Source: Macrostomum lignano
Lineage: Eukaryota
NCBI GenBank assembly: GCA_002269645.1
Contig: NIVC01003721.1
Coordinates: 1-64,000 of the forward strand
DNA: 64,000 bases
Direction: 5' to 3'
A program made the translations under genes and the position numbers. Under the pieces are notes generated by a model that saw nothing but the letters and a program-made list of their open reading frames with translations, searched no databases and was not told where the DNA came from. Each line of letters starts with the position of its first letter. Within the stretch, counting starts at the first letter, position 1. Shown here one piece after another: positions 14,190 through 28,234 of the stretch.

Positions 14190-17100
14190 TTACTGTGAAC
14201 CAGAGTTTCCCTTAGTAGCCAGGTAAGGCCTCTGTTCCGTTGGACAGTTCACCCGGTCGTTCAAGACCCAGTCGGTTCGCTTCTTACCAACGGGTTCCAG
14301 CTGAAAGCGTGTAGATGAAGTTGAATGACGCTTGATGCTTCGACTGACATACTTAGTAGGAAGCTAATAGTTGATTTTGGAGACTCATTAATGAATGAAA
14401 TTCAAACAATTGATGAATATAAATATCTCGATGCGACGACTCGACTCATGGAGATAACTTGAATCTCACCATGGTATTCCAAAGAGCCAGTCCGCCAAGC
14501 GCATGTCCTTTGTCGCTCAGGTGGAAGCAGTCGGGCGCAAAGTAGGCCATGTCCGGCTCTCCCTGCCGTGGATTTTTAGGGTAGAAAGAAGTTTCATTCA
14601 TGAACGAATGGTTTACAACAATACCTATTGGACTTATTGGAGCAAATACGCTCATATTGGATTTGTTATTCTTTGTATCTGACGATGATGCATCTGCTTG
14701 TGCTTGATTGAGAAATTATTTTACGCTTTTACGAGTACTCCTGCTGTAACAAACCTTTCATGTATTAAGAAAAATATCGTTGCTTCACTCGAAGTAATCA
14801 TCTCAAATCTTTAAAAAACATCAAACTTATGTTTGGTTAAATCCTTTAAATCTGTACCAAGGATGTCTGCCTTAGCCAATTGTTTGTACCACACATTCAA
14901 ACTAAAAAACATGCCCTGACGCACATTCGGTAGAGTAGGTGGGGTAATTTCGCGAAGGAAGGGCTGCAGAACAACAGTGAAGTCGGACTTTCGAGTCCAT
15001 TTGGGATCTTCAGCAATCCTCCTGGCACGCCGCTGAAGCTCCATCGAGTACTCATAGACCTCCTCTTTGGACAATGTGGAACCGCATTTGCACCAGAAAG
15101 TCCTGCGCGTTTGTTTGCGAGTGTAATGTACATAGATTAGTTGCCATTATACATCAATTAAAGCTTAGTGCTTTAGTGCTAAGCTACAGATATTAAAAAA
15201 ACTGCATGAGTTGTGCATTACTGGAAATTCATTCCCAATGCCCTGCCCAATACAAACTGAAAACAGTGCAATTTACTCACTGAAGCAAAGCTTTGCAGAC
15301 AAGACTCTGATCCTTCAGATTATTAACTGCTGCCACATCCATCATCTCAATGAGATTGACAAACGCTCGAGGCACATTGTCGTACAGGTAATCCAAAGCA
15401 GTTCTAATGTGCTTCTCATAGTTTTCTACAGAGAATCTGCTGGGATCCTTGCAGTGGTCGCAGACGTCGTTGCCTCCGATGAAGAGGTTAATTAGCTTCC
15501 AATCGGTTCGAACGCCACCTTTTTGTCCTTTTTCATCTTTTCCACCAGTTGTCTGGCTTGGCGAGGCATATCTCTGGAGCAAAGAAATTAAAACAAAGTT
15601 GAAACAGTTAAAACAATTGGACTGCTGATCCTAATAACAATACGAGGTCGATTTAATTAAGTCGATTCCGATCCTTGCCAATGAAGTCATGCACATTCAC
15701 AGTTTATCTAACACGATCTAAAAATTTCTATAAGGCCCATCAAAATCGACTCAGTCGGGATTTTAAACACAGAGTCGATAGCAACAGGCTTACTCAGCTC
15801 TGTTGCCCACCACAGCCTCGTTGAAGCCGGCGAAGATGCCGTCCGGGCCACTAATTCCAGTCGAGAAACCGGTGAGTTTTGGGTTGAACTTCTTCAGCAC
15901 GGCTGAAATGGTGCGGAACGATTTCTTAATTGGTAACAGCAAAGCATAGACATGTGTATTTTTTGCTTGTTAGATGCCAGAAATTGCATGTAAACTTTAC
16001 TTCGACTGATGTCCTCTTAATAGGGGATCACTAGAAATTATGAGTACTCATACTAGCATCAGGATCGATTTTTATCTCTAATTTTCGAGTTTGCGTTCAT
16101 TTTCATAATTTTACATTAATTTTCCGACTTAACTTGGCATAGTAGTGTGCTGAGACAAGTCTTCTTTGCCGCCCATGGTAAAACTGTGGCCCCGGTATTG
16201 CGTAAAGATGGTGAGCAGATTCTTGGAGTAAATGCCCATGCCAGCGGTGAGAGAGTCGCCGATGGCTCCAACAACATCGATATCAGCTGGCCGCAGTTTG
16301 TCAACGCTAGTCGGCGGACTGTGGCTGCGAACGACATCGCAGTTAAAAGCGGATCCAGTCTGAATTTTTTACCTTTCATAGTTTTAGCTTTTCTTCGACA
16401 TTAAAATCAACCTGAGCTAGATACATGAGTACGAGTATTTTATCCACTATTATTCATTCAAATTATACGTATCATTTAAAGTACATATAGTTGTCAGCAT
16501 GCAACCGATTCTTTTTAAAAATTAATAAACAGTTAACTGGCAAATATGCAACTTTAGTAAAAAGCCAACTTTCAGTTACTTAGAGCTAAATGAACACTCA
16601 ATGTTTTACCGTTGGAACAGCGGCAGTTGCGTGCTTCTCACGGGCGGCGTTCCACTTGCGCTCGTGCTCAATTCTGTGCCGCTTCAGCTTGTCAGAGGCA
16701 TACAGTGCGGTCACAGCGCTCTGCAGCACACGCAGATAAGTTTCACCTGTAGTAATGTTGGATTAGCATGTTGAAAATATATGGCTGCTTTTTATGCCAT
16801 GTTTTTCGGTTCTAAGACATTTTAGGTGAGAATAGTCATTCAAAAAACTACAATGAATTGTCTTCAGACAGTTATAGCAACTGCGTGACAGTGACTGAAT
16901 ACAACTAAGACCGTAATTTTTTAAATTGAATGTGCAGGTAGAAGAACGTAATTTAATCGTTTAATTAAATTTGCTTTGATGCATAATGTCAAAAACGACC
17001 CGGCAGAATGCTTGAAGGTCAAAAATCCAGCGCTAGCATCAAGACACCATGGTTTTAGTTCCGGATTTAGGTCCGGATTTTGTACATGGTCACCTGGTGG

Positions 17101-17492
17101 CATCAACTGTTGGGAGCAACAAAGAGCCATACAAGACGCGGTTCACGTACCATCCATTATACGACCGAAATAGTATGAAAATCGGTGCCCAGATTCACTT
17201 ACCTGCAGGGATGACTTCGTCGTCAAACGGTACCGCTTGCCTCAGAGTATCCACAATTTCCGCAAGATCTTCCTCGGACCGATCCCGTGATTTTGCGGAT
17301 TCTGAAGATATGCAATTGAATTACGAAATATAGCATTATTCTAAATCTACAAACTACTATTTGATAAATAAGGTTCTTAAAAGTACATGCAGTCCTAGCT
17401 GTTTCCTTTAGCTTACCCTGAGATTGAGTCAGTGTCGGCAGCCAACAAGCCAATAAAAAGCAAGTAGTCGCAACTAAAATATTCAGCTGCAT
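14190..17492 (-). CDS. PLB1: Secreted phospholipase B1-like GDSL/SGNH lipase, ~440 aa. Exons: 17492-17417, 17301-17203, 16746-16610, 16359-16134, 15902-15794, 15573-15281, 15102-14925, 14562-14470, 14300-14190. One-base frameshift in exon 6
   Basis: Signal peptide [24 protein letters not shown]; [19 protein letters not shown]; [15 protein letters not shown]; [15 protein letters not shown]; DFTVVLQPF; [10 protein letters not shown]. All introns GT-AG (intron 4 donor GTTAAG is weak). Confidence 0.9.
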
Positions 17493-18079
17493 CACGACGA
17501 CTTAATGGTACCTGCTTTTTTGTGGAAAAAACCTTCAAACTTGAAATAAAAGCTGGACTACGCTTATAGGAACCGTCCTTTACTTTTTATACCCTCATAG
17601 CGATGACCTTTGTACTATCAGGAATTGCATATATGATAAGTTTTATCGGTTTACAAACTGCCGCAACAGTTGCACCACCAATAGCTACTACAGTGGCGCC
17701 ACCACACTCAGAAAGAACAACGCAAATGGGAAAACAAATTTGTGACATTTCCTCGTACTGATTATTAATGTGCATGTCTTGAGCCGTTTTTCTAACTTTT
17801 TTTCCGAAAAGCAACTGGTTGTTTCACATTTATCCTGTCTCACTTAAAACTGCAGGAGCATTCTAGATTATATAGCTATATGTAGATTAGCTAAAACAAG
17901 TAATACGCTCGTAGTTGAAAGGCCTGTATCATACTATTATCATAGATGTACAGTGTACATCCAGGCGTTTTCATAAAAACAAAGACATGTAGCATAAGAT
18001 ATGCAAGACCATGCAAATAGACTTCAGATACTAATGCTTGCAACTACGAGCCGGTTCTCATTAAGTTCTCGGAAAGATG

Positions 18080-19090
18080 TACTTCGCATTAATTGGGTTC
18101 AGTTGAAATTTGATTCCAAGTATTTTTGCATTCGCTGGAACGACGAGTTAAAGCCCCTCCTTAAATCAGCTTTTTGGAACGAGTCCAACTCAGCTCGCAG
18201 GGCATCCACAAGCTCCTCCCTTGAGTAAAATCGCCTTCCCTTCAAGTTCTTCTTCATTTTGTGCAAGAGGAACAGTTCGCAAGGCGAGTAAGCCGTGCTG
18301 AAACTGTGTTGTCTGCAAGAATTGCTGGGCCAACCCTCCGGTGCGCTGTTGTGGTTAAGGAAGATGCCCTTTTACTCGGTTTTGGCCGCTCTTGAGTAGA
18401 CGGTGCTGTATCATTAAATATTCATTGTAGCTCTGCGCTCGAGCAACACCAACCGCAAGATGCCACAGCGACGGAAAAAGATGACGGAAGTACTTCCCAA
18501 CGCTTCGCTCGCGGCGAACTTTCAGCGGTGCATCCTCGTCACTGGTGACCCACTGACGGCTGTCTAGTCTCCGGGTCGCAGAATTAGACCCAGGTTTCTT
18601 AACCTGTGCGAATATTGTTCAGTAATTTTGAGGCAAAGCCATCAAATTTGTCGAGCATGAGACGCGCGATCTCCATGCGGGCCTGCTTCTGAGCGACACT
18701 GAGGGGCACCCAGAGCGCGGACGCAGCATCCCGACGAGGTGATCGTTTAGGCAGGATCTTAAACAATGGTTGAATCCGACACCCCGACAAGATTCTCTAA
18801 CCGTCGAATCGTCACTCACCGATCTTCGTATAGGTGTCACTACACGATAGCAACGACTTTATCTGTAACGACGAAACTTCGACGGACTTCGCGGGGTTCT
18901 CCATACAGACTGGCCGAGTCGCAGCGGAAGCGGCTGAACTAAGCCGTAGACTATCGCCATAGACGGCCGCTTTGTCACCGAAGGCTGAACAGAGCGTATG
19001 ATGGCAAGCAGCCGCCGTACTGTGCCCAGTCGAAACGGGACGAGGATAGCGTTGCGCCTGTCTCGATCAGCCAGGGTGGGCACAGTGCAG
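18080..19090 (-). mobile_element. Degenerate Tc1/mariner (mariner-type) transposase remnant
   Basis: Broken frames give FSRFRCDSASLYGEPR, WVPLSVAQKQARMEIARLMLDKFDGFASKLLNNIRTG and AYSPCELFLLHKMKKNLKGRRFYSREELVDALRAEL, matching mariner WVP(HEL) and YSPDLAP...KGRRF motifs; stops and frameshifts present; TIRs not found. Confidence 0.75.
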
Positions 19091-19524
19091 GGAAAACTAG
19101 AACCTTTTCTATAGTTGTCCCTGGGTGGGCAGTGGTGGCAGCAATTCAGCAGAACTTTGGCCACTTCGGCACATCATGATGACCGATGAAGCGGAAATTT
19201 TGCATTGCCTTGCCCCATTTGCATTGCCCCTCGTATCAATGGTCATAGCTTGTGCAGAGTGCATAGGGAGAATTTCGTGGTGCTGTACGTCTTTAAATCT
19301 CTTATTTCTGAAATTCATGAAGGTTTATTCAACTAATAAATCGATTCATTCATATTTAAAAATAGGGAAAATTTGTCTTCTGTGTCTCATTTAGTAGTAT
19401 GTGTAGAGTACGGAGGGAAAAATAAAGTTTGCAGATATCTTTTGGAACTCTCATCGGACACACTACTAAAATGAATGGCACGGATGCGACTAACGGAGTA
19501 ATAAACAGCTATAGTATATCAAGA

Positions 19525-20319
19525 TGTTTCACAACCGTGCATTAATAGACTGAGACTAACAGAAGAGTTAGGAGTTATAAACTCACAGAGACATTAATAG
19601 ATCTCATCTCTATGATTCCATCTGCTCCCTTGGTCCATCTGCTGGCTCCTGTGGTTGTCTCCCTGCTTTGTATCTTGGCTCTCATATCTGACAGTGGATT
19701 GGTGTCCTGGGGAATGAGTTCGTCCCGAATCGGGAAATACCGGCTGAGTCCGGGTTCCTCTTGCTCCTTGTGCCCCTCACCAACCCCTTGGCTTGGGAGC
19801 TTTTAGAGCTGGATAGCGAAAAAGCGTTGAGGCTTGCAGCCCTATAGGAGGATTATGCAGTTGCCTACCTGATAGGAGACTCGCCCATCGCAATAAGCTT
19901 CCAGACTCGCTCCAATCTAAAGCATTCTTTCCGTAGACTTCGGGCTTTCCCGCTCTCGGACCGCTTTCCAAAATTTTTCCAAAATTTTTCGCGCACTCGG
20001 GACTTGTCGCTAGGGCTTGCTTGGGTGGACTCGGTCCTAGCACCGTCCCTGATTCCATTATGGGTTGGCGGTGTCTTAGTCCATAGGCTTGGGTTAGTAG
20101 CGTCCAATAAGGCTCCACCAGGCCTTGAGTCCTGGTCCCAATCTAGGCTGCTCGGGCTTGCTCGGGCTTATCTACCAGGGGCAGATAAGCCCTAAACATC
20201 TACCAGGGGCTTATCTGCCCCTGGTAGATAAGCCCCCTACAAGATCCAGCGGCAGAGCCAGAGCCCTCCTCCGGGCTGATCCGCGGTAGCACTGCTTCCC
20301 ACCCCCCGTTTTAACAACA
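19525..20319 (-). mobile_element. Candidate solo LTR (~795 bp)
   Basis: TGTT...AACA termini and non-coding GC-balanced interior; flanks CAAGA/ATAGA are not a perfect TSD. Confidence 0.35.
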
Positions 20320-21047
20320 ATAGATTGGGACTAATTTCAATTTCGAGTACCAGCCAACCGAAAGGAATACGAGCTAGCTAAGACGAGTTATCTAATACAT
20401 ACCCTCCACTGATGTATCTTAATGCATCCTAAGGTATTCTGGCTGGGAATCCCATTCTGTTCAAAAACAGCTTTAATTGTCCGAGACCGAATACGCAGAA
20501 TTCTGTTACAGTTTCCGTGGTTGTAATGTTAAGTCTCTACAGCCTCTGTCGTTTAGGGGGAGGGGGCTTGCTCTAGCTGTAGGACCAGTTGGAGAGTGAA
20601 CCCCGTCATTCTGTAAGAGCTAATACTGTAACACTACTCAAATGAACTTATATTTTTTACATGTAGAAAACCAACCCTGTATAAGATCAATCAATAACTT
20701 GGCGACAAGCGGTGCCGATTAAGGGGATGATGAAGCAGTGGGGCAAAGAAATTTGATTCTGTACGTGTACTGAGAAGATCGAAGCAAGTCTCTCTCAAAG
20801 GTGCAAAACTTTTAATTTTCCACTTGGAGATAATGAGACTAGCTGTAACGGCTTAGCTTCATGGGGCAAGCAGCCTACTCGTAGACTCCTAGACGCAACT
20901 CTAGTGAACAAGAATGTTTTTCTGAAACACTTACTTGCGTACTACATGTATAGGTATGAATGAACCAGAATCCTATATAATTGAAAACAGACTATACATG
21001 TATGCGGCACTGCATGTATAAATCGTTAGTTGTGGCTTCCTCTTACT

Positions 21048-21974
21048 TAGGGATTCCAATCCCGGGATCCCGGGATCCCGGGATCCCGGGATTGGGGCCA
21101 AAAATCCGGGATTTGAATCCCGGGATTTTTTTGGGAATCGAATCCCGGGATTTTTAATCCCGGGATTGCAAAAGTCCGGGATCGGGATCCCGGGATTTCA
21201 AGGCCTTAATCCCGGGATTGGTCCGGGATTAGAACAACCTTTCAATGCCTAAATTAGATAATTTAAAGTCTAAACGTTTATTTGAATAATAAAACATTTA
21301 TTTGTTTTTGCTGTTTCTCAATGAAACGTTACACATTTGCAAAGCTCCTGTCCTAATTGAGCTAAAAATTGTTATTGTGAACTGTAAATTATAGATAATT
21401 TTAACTTTTTTTCGTTTTCCACCACGAGACGAGACTGAGGGCCTTTTCATATTGCTTGTTCTGGTTCCAGAACCAGAACCATTTTGTGAAGTATAACTTT
21501 TTGTCTCCATAACTAGAGGGAGATACGTGCTATAAAGTTTTTATTATTGAATGACAATCGCCAAAAGAAAGTGAAAAATCGTGCAAAGTGAGGCTGTTAA
21601 GGCAGTCAAATATTAACAGAGTTTAATAGTTATACTGCTGTTTTTCTTGGAATTCCGAACCGATTCTGGTTCTGGAATTGGTAATATGAAAAGGCCCTGA
21701 GACTCTGAGAGTCGCGAGACCATGACTACTGCACGCGGCACGCCGCACAGTCCGTCTAGCTTAGGGATTCCAATCCCGGGATCCCGGGATTGGAGCCAAA
21801 AATCCGGGATTTGAATCCCGGGATTTTTTTGGGAATCGAATCCCGGGATTTTTAATCCCGGGATTGCAAAAGCACCGGGATTCCGGGATTTTGAATCCCG
21901 GGATTTCAACAGCATCGGGATTTCGGGACTATTCAATCCCGGGATTGTAAAATGTCGGGATTTTGGAATCCCTA
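21048..21974. mobile_element. Non-autonomous hAT-superfamily element with a duplicated left end
   Basis: TIR TAGGGATTCCAA...TTGGAATCCCTA; perfect 8-bp TSD CTCTTACT at 21040-21047 and 21975-21982; many subterminal ATCCCGGGAT palindromes; second left end starts at 21762. Confidence 0.9.
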
Positions 21975-22801
21975 CTCTTACTCCATGATCAGTGTGACCA
22001 ATTTTTTAGCGACATTAACTACTGAATACTACGAGCGTAGCTGTTAACTGCATGCTATTGTAGTTATAGCTCGTATATGTTAACTGCATGCTATTGTAGT
22101 TATAGCTCGTAGATAACAACGCATTCTAAGAAATTTGGTGAGAGGGGATTCTGGGGTCAAGACCCAAAAGGTGGCAGGTGGGCGGGCCTGTATTTTAACG
22201 AAAATTCGCTTGGTTCCCTTTGTAGTTTTTGGAGTCTCCGCCGAAAGAGGGCCCTCCTTAACTTGTTGTACCCCTTGCTCAGAGTTTTTTCGTACCTACA
22301 TCTGTACTATGTAACATATACTGCTGTGTACTGGGCCCACATTAGCTATGCTTTCTGTTCATAAAAATAAACGCAGCATACTACTAGAAGTAGATGTAAC
22401 CACATGACGTCCAAAAAATAGTGTTTTCATTTTAGTCAACTCTAAGAGATATATAGCCGAGAGTTTTCCTCCCATGTAAGAATAACGACCTTGAATGGTA
22501 AAAAAGTTAAGCTTGTTTTTTGCGCTATTTTATCCTTGATTAGCAGTTTTTATAAATTTTTCAGCGAAAAGCTAAACCCATTTACACAAAAACTAAGCAA
22601 TTAACGTCAAATATTGAATGCACTATAGTGTAAGCTTTTTAGGATCTACTTTGCGCAACTTCAATGAATGCAAATCGTTCCAAGAAACATGCAATATTTA
22701 AGCTTACCCGCAATAATACTTTCGGTATCACACTCGAGTCTAATTACAAAACAGTTTCTATTTACTCACTAAATTTGACCGACTAACGATCAAAGATCAA
22801 A

Positions 22802-24912
22802 ATGTCTGACTGGCTTGCTTCATCTGGTGTGTCGAACCGTGATGATTTGGTCTACATGGCAAAACTTGCCGAGCAGGCAGAACGATATGATGACATGGCA
22901 GCTGCTATGAAGTCTGTAACAGAGAAGGGACAAGAGCTTGGAAACGAAGAAAGGAACTTGCTTTCTGTGGCCTACAAGAACGTCGTTGGTGCCAGGCGTT
23001 CTTCATGGAGGGTGATTTCCAGCATTGAGAGCAAGACCGAAGGCCATGAAAGGAAACAGTCCACTGCAAAAGAATATCGTCAGAAGATTGAAGCTGAACT
23101 TCAAAAAGTATGCAAGGAAGTATTGGTAAGTAGGCCCATAGAAACGGCATTATGACTATATTCTCTACTTTACTTTTTGCTCACATTTAGACCATAAAGT
23201 ATTAGTTAATGTAATTTTAATTTCTCTTAAAATTAACCATTGCATTGATAATGCTTATGGCATTTTATTAATTTAATAAGTTATAAATTATAAAGTAATA
23301 CATAGTAGATAATTATATTTAATTATGGCTATGGCTATTATATAAATACTATATATAGTATAGTAATTTTGTATTTATATATAACTAGCAACTTACTTAG
23401 AAAACTGTCAACTATTTTTAGCTTAGTTAGTTCAACCTAGACAGCATCTCATCTTGAAAAAACAAATATCTATTTGAAAGGTATGTTTTGTTGTATCATT
23501 ATGATTAATATATTTTTACAAAAGTTTGGCTATTTTGGCGTACCACTTTGGTGTACCACTTTGAGCTTGAGAAATTTTTTGGCATACCAATTTTGGAGGA
23601 ATAAATTCATGCTGTATATATAAAAATTGTAATGTAAATTAACCCTTTTTAGTTTTTATGTAAAATGAAGGAAAATTTGTATAGTCTAAAAAGTCAGTGA
23701 TAAACTTTTTGCTTTTTTTATATTAACATTGAATAAAACTTGTGTAAATTATTGCTAAGAATGTAAATATTTGCTTTCTTTTTTCTGTAGGGTTAAATTA
23801 AATTTGTTTAAAATGAAAATATTCGTTATATTTAAAAGAATTTTCATACAAAAGCCTTTAGAAAACTCTACTTGTGAAAACCAAATGACCTTTTTAGAAG
23901 GAATTTTTGGCATACATTTTAGGGATTTTTTTGTTTTTGGCGTACACTGGCATACATTTAGCTGAGATAGGATTTTTGTTCCGGCATACACTACTACACA
24001 ATCCGAACTGTGGTCAGAATCTTGATCATATGTCTGATAATTTCTATTCTATTTAATATTATATCATTATCAAGTAAAATATATATTATATATTAGCCAA
24101 AAATAAACCTTTCTCTAGCTAATAAATGTTGTTGTAACTTATATGCTTTATACAAAGAAAATAGACTATATCAAAATCATTTTCCTATCTTTAAAGACTG
24201 AAAAAATAGCCTTTTATAATAAAACAAGTATTATCATTACTATGCATTATATTTAACATTTGTATAACTTATCTATCATTTTCTTTCATTTTGTAGAATC
24301 TGCTTGATGACTTTCTGATCAAGCAAGCTTCTACCCCAGAGTCGAAGGTCTTTTACTACAAGATGAAAGGTGATTATTACCGTTATCTGGCTGAAGTTGC
24401 CACTGGTGATGAGCGCAAGGATGTCATTGACCAGTCTGAGGGTGCCTACAAGGCTGCCACTGAGCATGCCGAGTCTGAGCTGCCAACCACTCATCCAATT
24501 CGGCTTGGCCTGGCCCTCAACTACTCTGTTTTCTTCTATGAAATCAAGAGTGAATCTGACAAGGCCTGCCAGCTGGCAAAGAAGGTAAATGAGGCTAATA
24601 TATTAGCAATTTGATTGTCTCCTCAACTAGCTGGCAAGTAGCTAAGCTATTAATCAAACCACTCGTCTGATTTCCAGGCCTTCGACAATGCAATCGCCGA
24701 CTTGGATGAAATTGGCGAGGATTCCTACAAGGATTCGACACTCATTATGCAGCTCCTGCGAGACAACCTGACTGTAGGTTTACTCCATCTATTATATGGT
24801 GTTTTGCTGTACACTTCAGTGTTTTAAATAACCTTATTTGTATTTGAAAACTACTCCATTTTAGCTGTGGACATCTGAGCAAGGCGGAGAAGACGGAGAG
24901 CAGGATCAGTAA
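22802..24912 (+). CDS. 14-3-3: 14-3-3 protein, 251 aa. Exons: 22802-23125, 24297-24584, 24678-24773, 24865-24912
   Basis: [91 protein letters not shown]; all introns phase 0 and GT-AG. Confidence 0.98.
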
Positions 24913-27900
24913 AGTCTACACACCCAGCTCTGGCCACCAGCAGTACCGACTTATTTACTGTACTAATGACTTGATTAGATTGCATCAGTTGTCATTCTCA
25001 AATTTGTCCTACTCGGTATTAGTATTAATAAAAATTCCTTACTTATCTTACTACTATTATTATTATCGTTTATTCATTCTACCCTATGCTTTATACGATT
25101 CCTTAAATTCATCAACACAAACTAAAATTTAGGTGTTGATTTGCGTTGTGTTTTCGGACAGCACAGATACTATTAGCTATTCATTTTTTATTATCTAATC
25201 GTTTCTTCTCTGATGAAAAACGAAAGCTATAAAATTTAGGATTTATTCGTTATTAGTCAACTATTCGTGTCTGTTGGTAAGGCTTACAATTAGACTAACT
25301 TTGAATTAATGTAATGATCCGAGAGCGATTTATTGTACATGTCAGCTGGCCAGTCTTTGCACAAGTGCAGGATTCAAAAGCAGTAATTTTTTGTTAACTA
25401 TTGGCTAAAAGCTGCTATTAGGCTTCGAAGCTGTAGTTCATCTGATTGATTAGTTTCACAAAATTATGCTTAATTAATCAGTACTATAATACTGATCTAT
25501 TTGTCCGTCTCAGCAACTCTGCCATGAAACTTAGTCAAGCTAACAGCGTTGTAATCTGCTGTGATTTTATTAATTTTATTGTGTATTTATTAGTATGGCA
25601 CTATTCTGTCAGTATATACAAACGTATACTATATATTATAATGCTATTTCTCAGCAGCAGGGCGCAGGTAACAAAACTGACAAATTGCATAAGCTCTACA
25701 TTTTCCACAGTTTGCAAGTTTGCAACTTTAAAAATTAAACTACGAGCGTATGAATACGTGTAGAACTTTCGATAATTTTTGTCTCAATAAAACTGCTTTT
25801 GGTAATTATTTTTGATTCCTTAAGACTTTGTCCTTTTTATTGCTTTTCTACGAGCATAAAGTGATTTTAAGATCAACGGAAATGATTATAGGCTGCATGC
25901 AAGATAACCCTTTAAAATTAAAGTCTTGGTGAATGTTGTACTTTGAAACCGAGTATTCAGCTCCATTCTTGTTAAAGCGTTCAGTTGGATACTGTAATGT
26001 AGCAGAGGCTCATCACAGAATCTACAAGCAAAGGCGTCGCCATGGATTTCATGGTGGAGAGGGGGCAAAGCCAAGAATTCTACATGTACATTTATGACCA
26101 TTTAAATTTCTACATGTACATTATTTATGGAATCTGTGTCAGCGATCATTTTAGCGCCGCAGGTATACTCTTGGCGCCGCAGGTACATGTACCAGCTCAT
26201 TGTGGTGGCGCGCAGGCGCTATGTTTTGTATAGCTGAAGCAAAACTATTGATTTCCATAACGGGTCACAAAGTGGGGTGGGGACAACGCGGTAGCAGGCC
26301 ACATCATCTGTGCTTAGCCGTGGCTAACCGCAGACCGTTCTGCTAGAGGCTGTTCATTATGATGTTTCAATTGCACCCTCACCGGCATGCACGTGCACTG
26401 TGTTTCATGCCAAATGCGTACGTGCACAGACATGAAGTCCTATAATCAAGGAGGATAACTTTCTTATACGAGCGTATCATTGGGTCAGAAGAGATTGGTA
26501 AAAATAGCTCGGAAAATGACAGAAAATTGATACAACTCATGAGTGAATTGTTCCTTTATTACTCCATAAATTTAATCACTTATTGTCACAGGAGGAATGT
26601 AAGACCGGTTTTGTTGTTGAGCCTATTAATTTTGCAGCCTTCAACAAGAATGTTTCGCAGCTTCGATGTGCTACTTGCAGTAGAAACTATAGGACGTATA
26701 TTTTTTCGTACGAACACCACGCATCCGTTTTCGCATGAGGCTGCGGTGAAAATGTCACATTAACTCATTTATACGTCTAATTTGGCTCCACCCTAACACC
26801 AGACTCCAGGACCAGATAGATAGATAGAATCTCTGTTCCATCCTCGCTTTCGTTTTCCGCTAATAACTATTTGAAGAATGATTTCGATTTATACACTACG
26901 AGTATATGCTTCGTGTATTTTTGGCTTCTAAGAACAAAACATCTGAGTGTTACTCATATATCAGCTCCAGAGTCAGATGAATCTGACCTCCAACACCTCG
27001 TTTGAAGAGAGAAGACAAGAGGAGGGGTTAAATCGAAGAGGGGAGAGAGAAGGGAGAGGAGAGGAGTGAAGAGTAGAGGAGATGTCGAGAGGCCAGATAA
27101 GAGAAGGATATGAGAGAGGAGATTCGAGAGGAGGGAGCTGAGAAAAGACACAAACCTTGAGCGGGCTGGATTGCTTTTGTGTTAAGTTTCAAAGGGCCGG
27201 ATAGAGACAGATTTCGCAGGCCGCATGTGGCTCTTTTCTTCTTTTGTCGGTATAGCTTTTGACAACCCCATTCCTTCTCACTTTTTACCTCTACAGTGTA
27301 TGTAATTGGAGCTTTGCTCACATCACACCTCACTCTTTAATAGCAGTTGTGTATTTTGAATAGCAATTTTTATTATCCTACGGCATAGGTTCTGTTCTGA
27401 TGCAGTGCTGATCGCCACGGCCTATAGAAATTTCTAGATACGGTCGAGCCCGTAGCTCTATAAAACTTTCGTTATTGTTTGTTACACTTGTTTCAATGCG
27501 TCTAAATGGGATCGCTGAGTTATATTTATATCATACAGCTTAAAGTACATCCGAAATGCATCTGAGTGGGTAGATATTAATATGCTTTCTAAAATGCATA
27601 CTAAATGGTCATGGTGCTAATAATTTCATTTCTGCATTTGCGCCTCAAAGCCAATTATTTAAATGCGCTTCCTTTATTCATGCAGCGGGCCCTAAATCTC
27701 GCAGCCCTTTTTTGTGTGACTGTTGAAAATTTATGAATTAATATTTGAATTATTGAAATTAGGGGGGGGGGGCAATTTCACTGCATGACTTGCTTTTGCA
27801 GCACTGCAGTTTCGAGTCAGGTCAGGAGTTGAAGGGTTTCAGAGAAGAGCGATTTTTCATTGAATATTTAGGCGACGAGCCTGGAGTATATCCAGGTGCT

Positions 27901-28234
27901 CGAGTCCCTTTGTATTTGAAACAATACCATATATGCAGTTTGATACAGGTAAGTTGAATGCAATCATATTTCATACGTAAGAACCCTTTCGAATTTTAGA
28001 AGATGCAATCGTATCAAGCTTAAGGAAAACGTTGTTACGAAGACAAAGACGTCATGTTAGTTTTTTTCACGAGTATCATTAGTATAGCGGACCAATAGAT
28101 GTCGACAACTATAGTACATGAACTTCGATCTACTTTGGTCAACCTACCAAGGACGACTAATATATAAGTATGTCTTTTAAAATTTAGTTTTGATAGCCAG
28201 GGTGTGGGTTATGTGGGTTAACACGAATGTAAAC

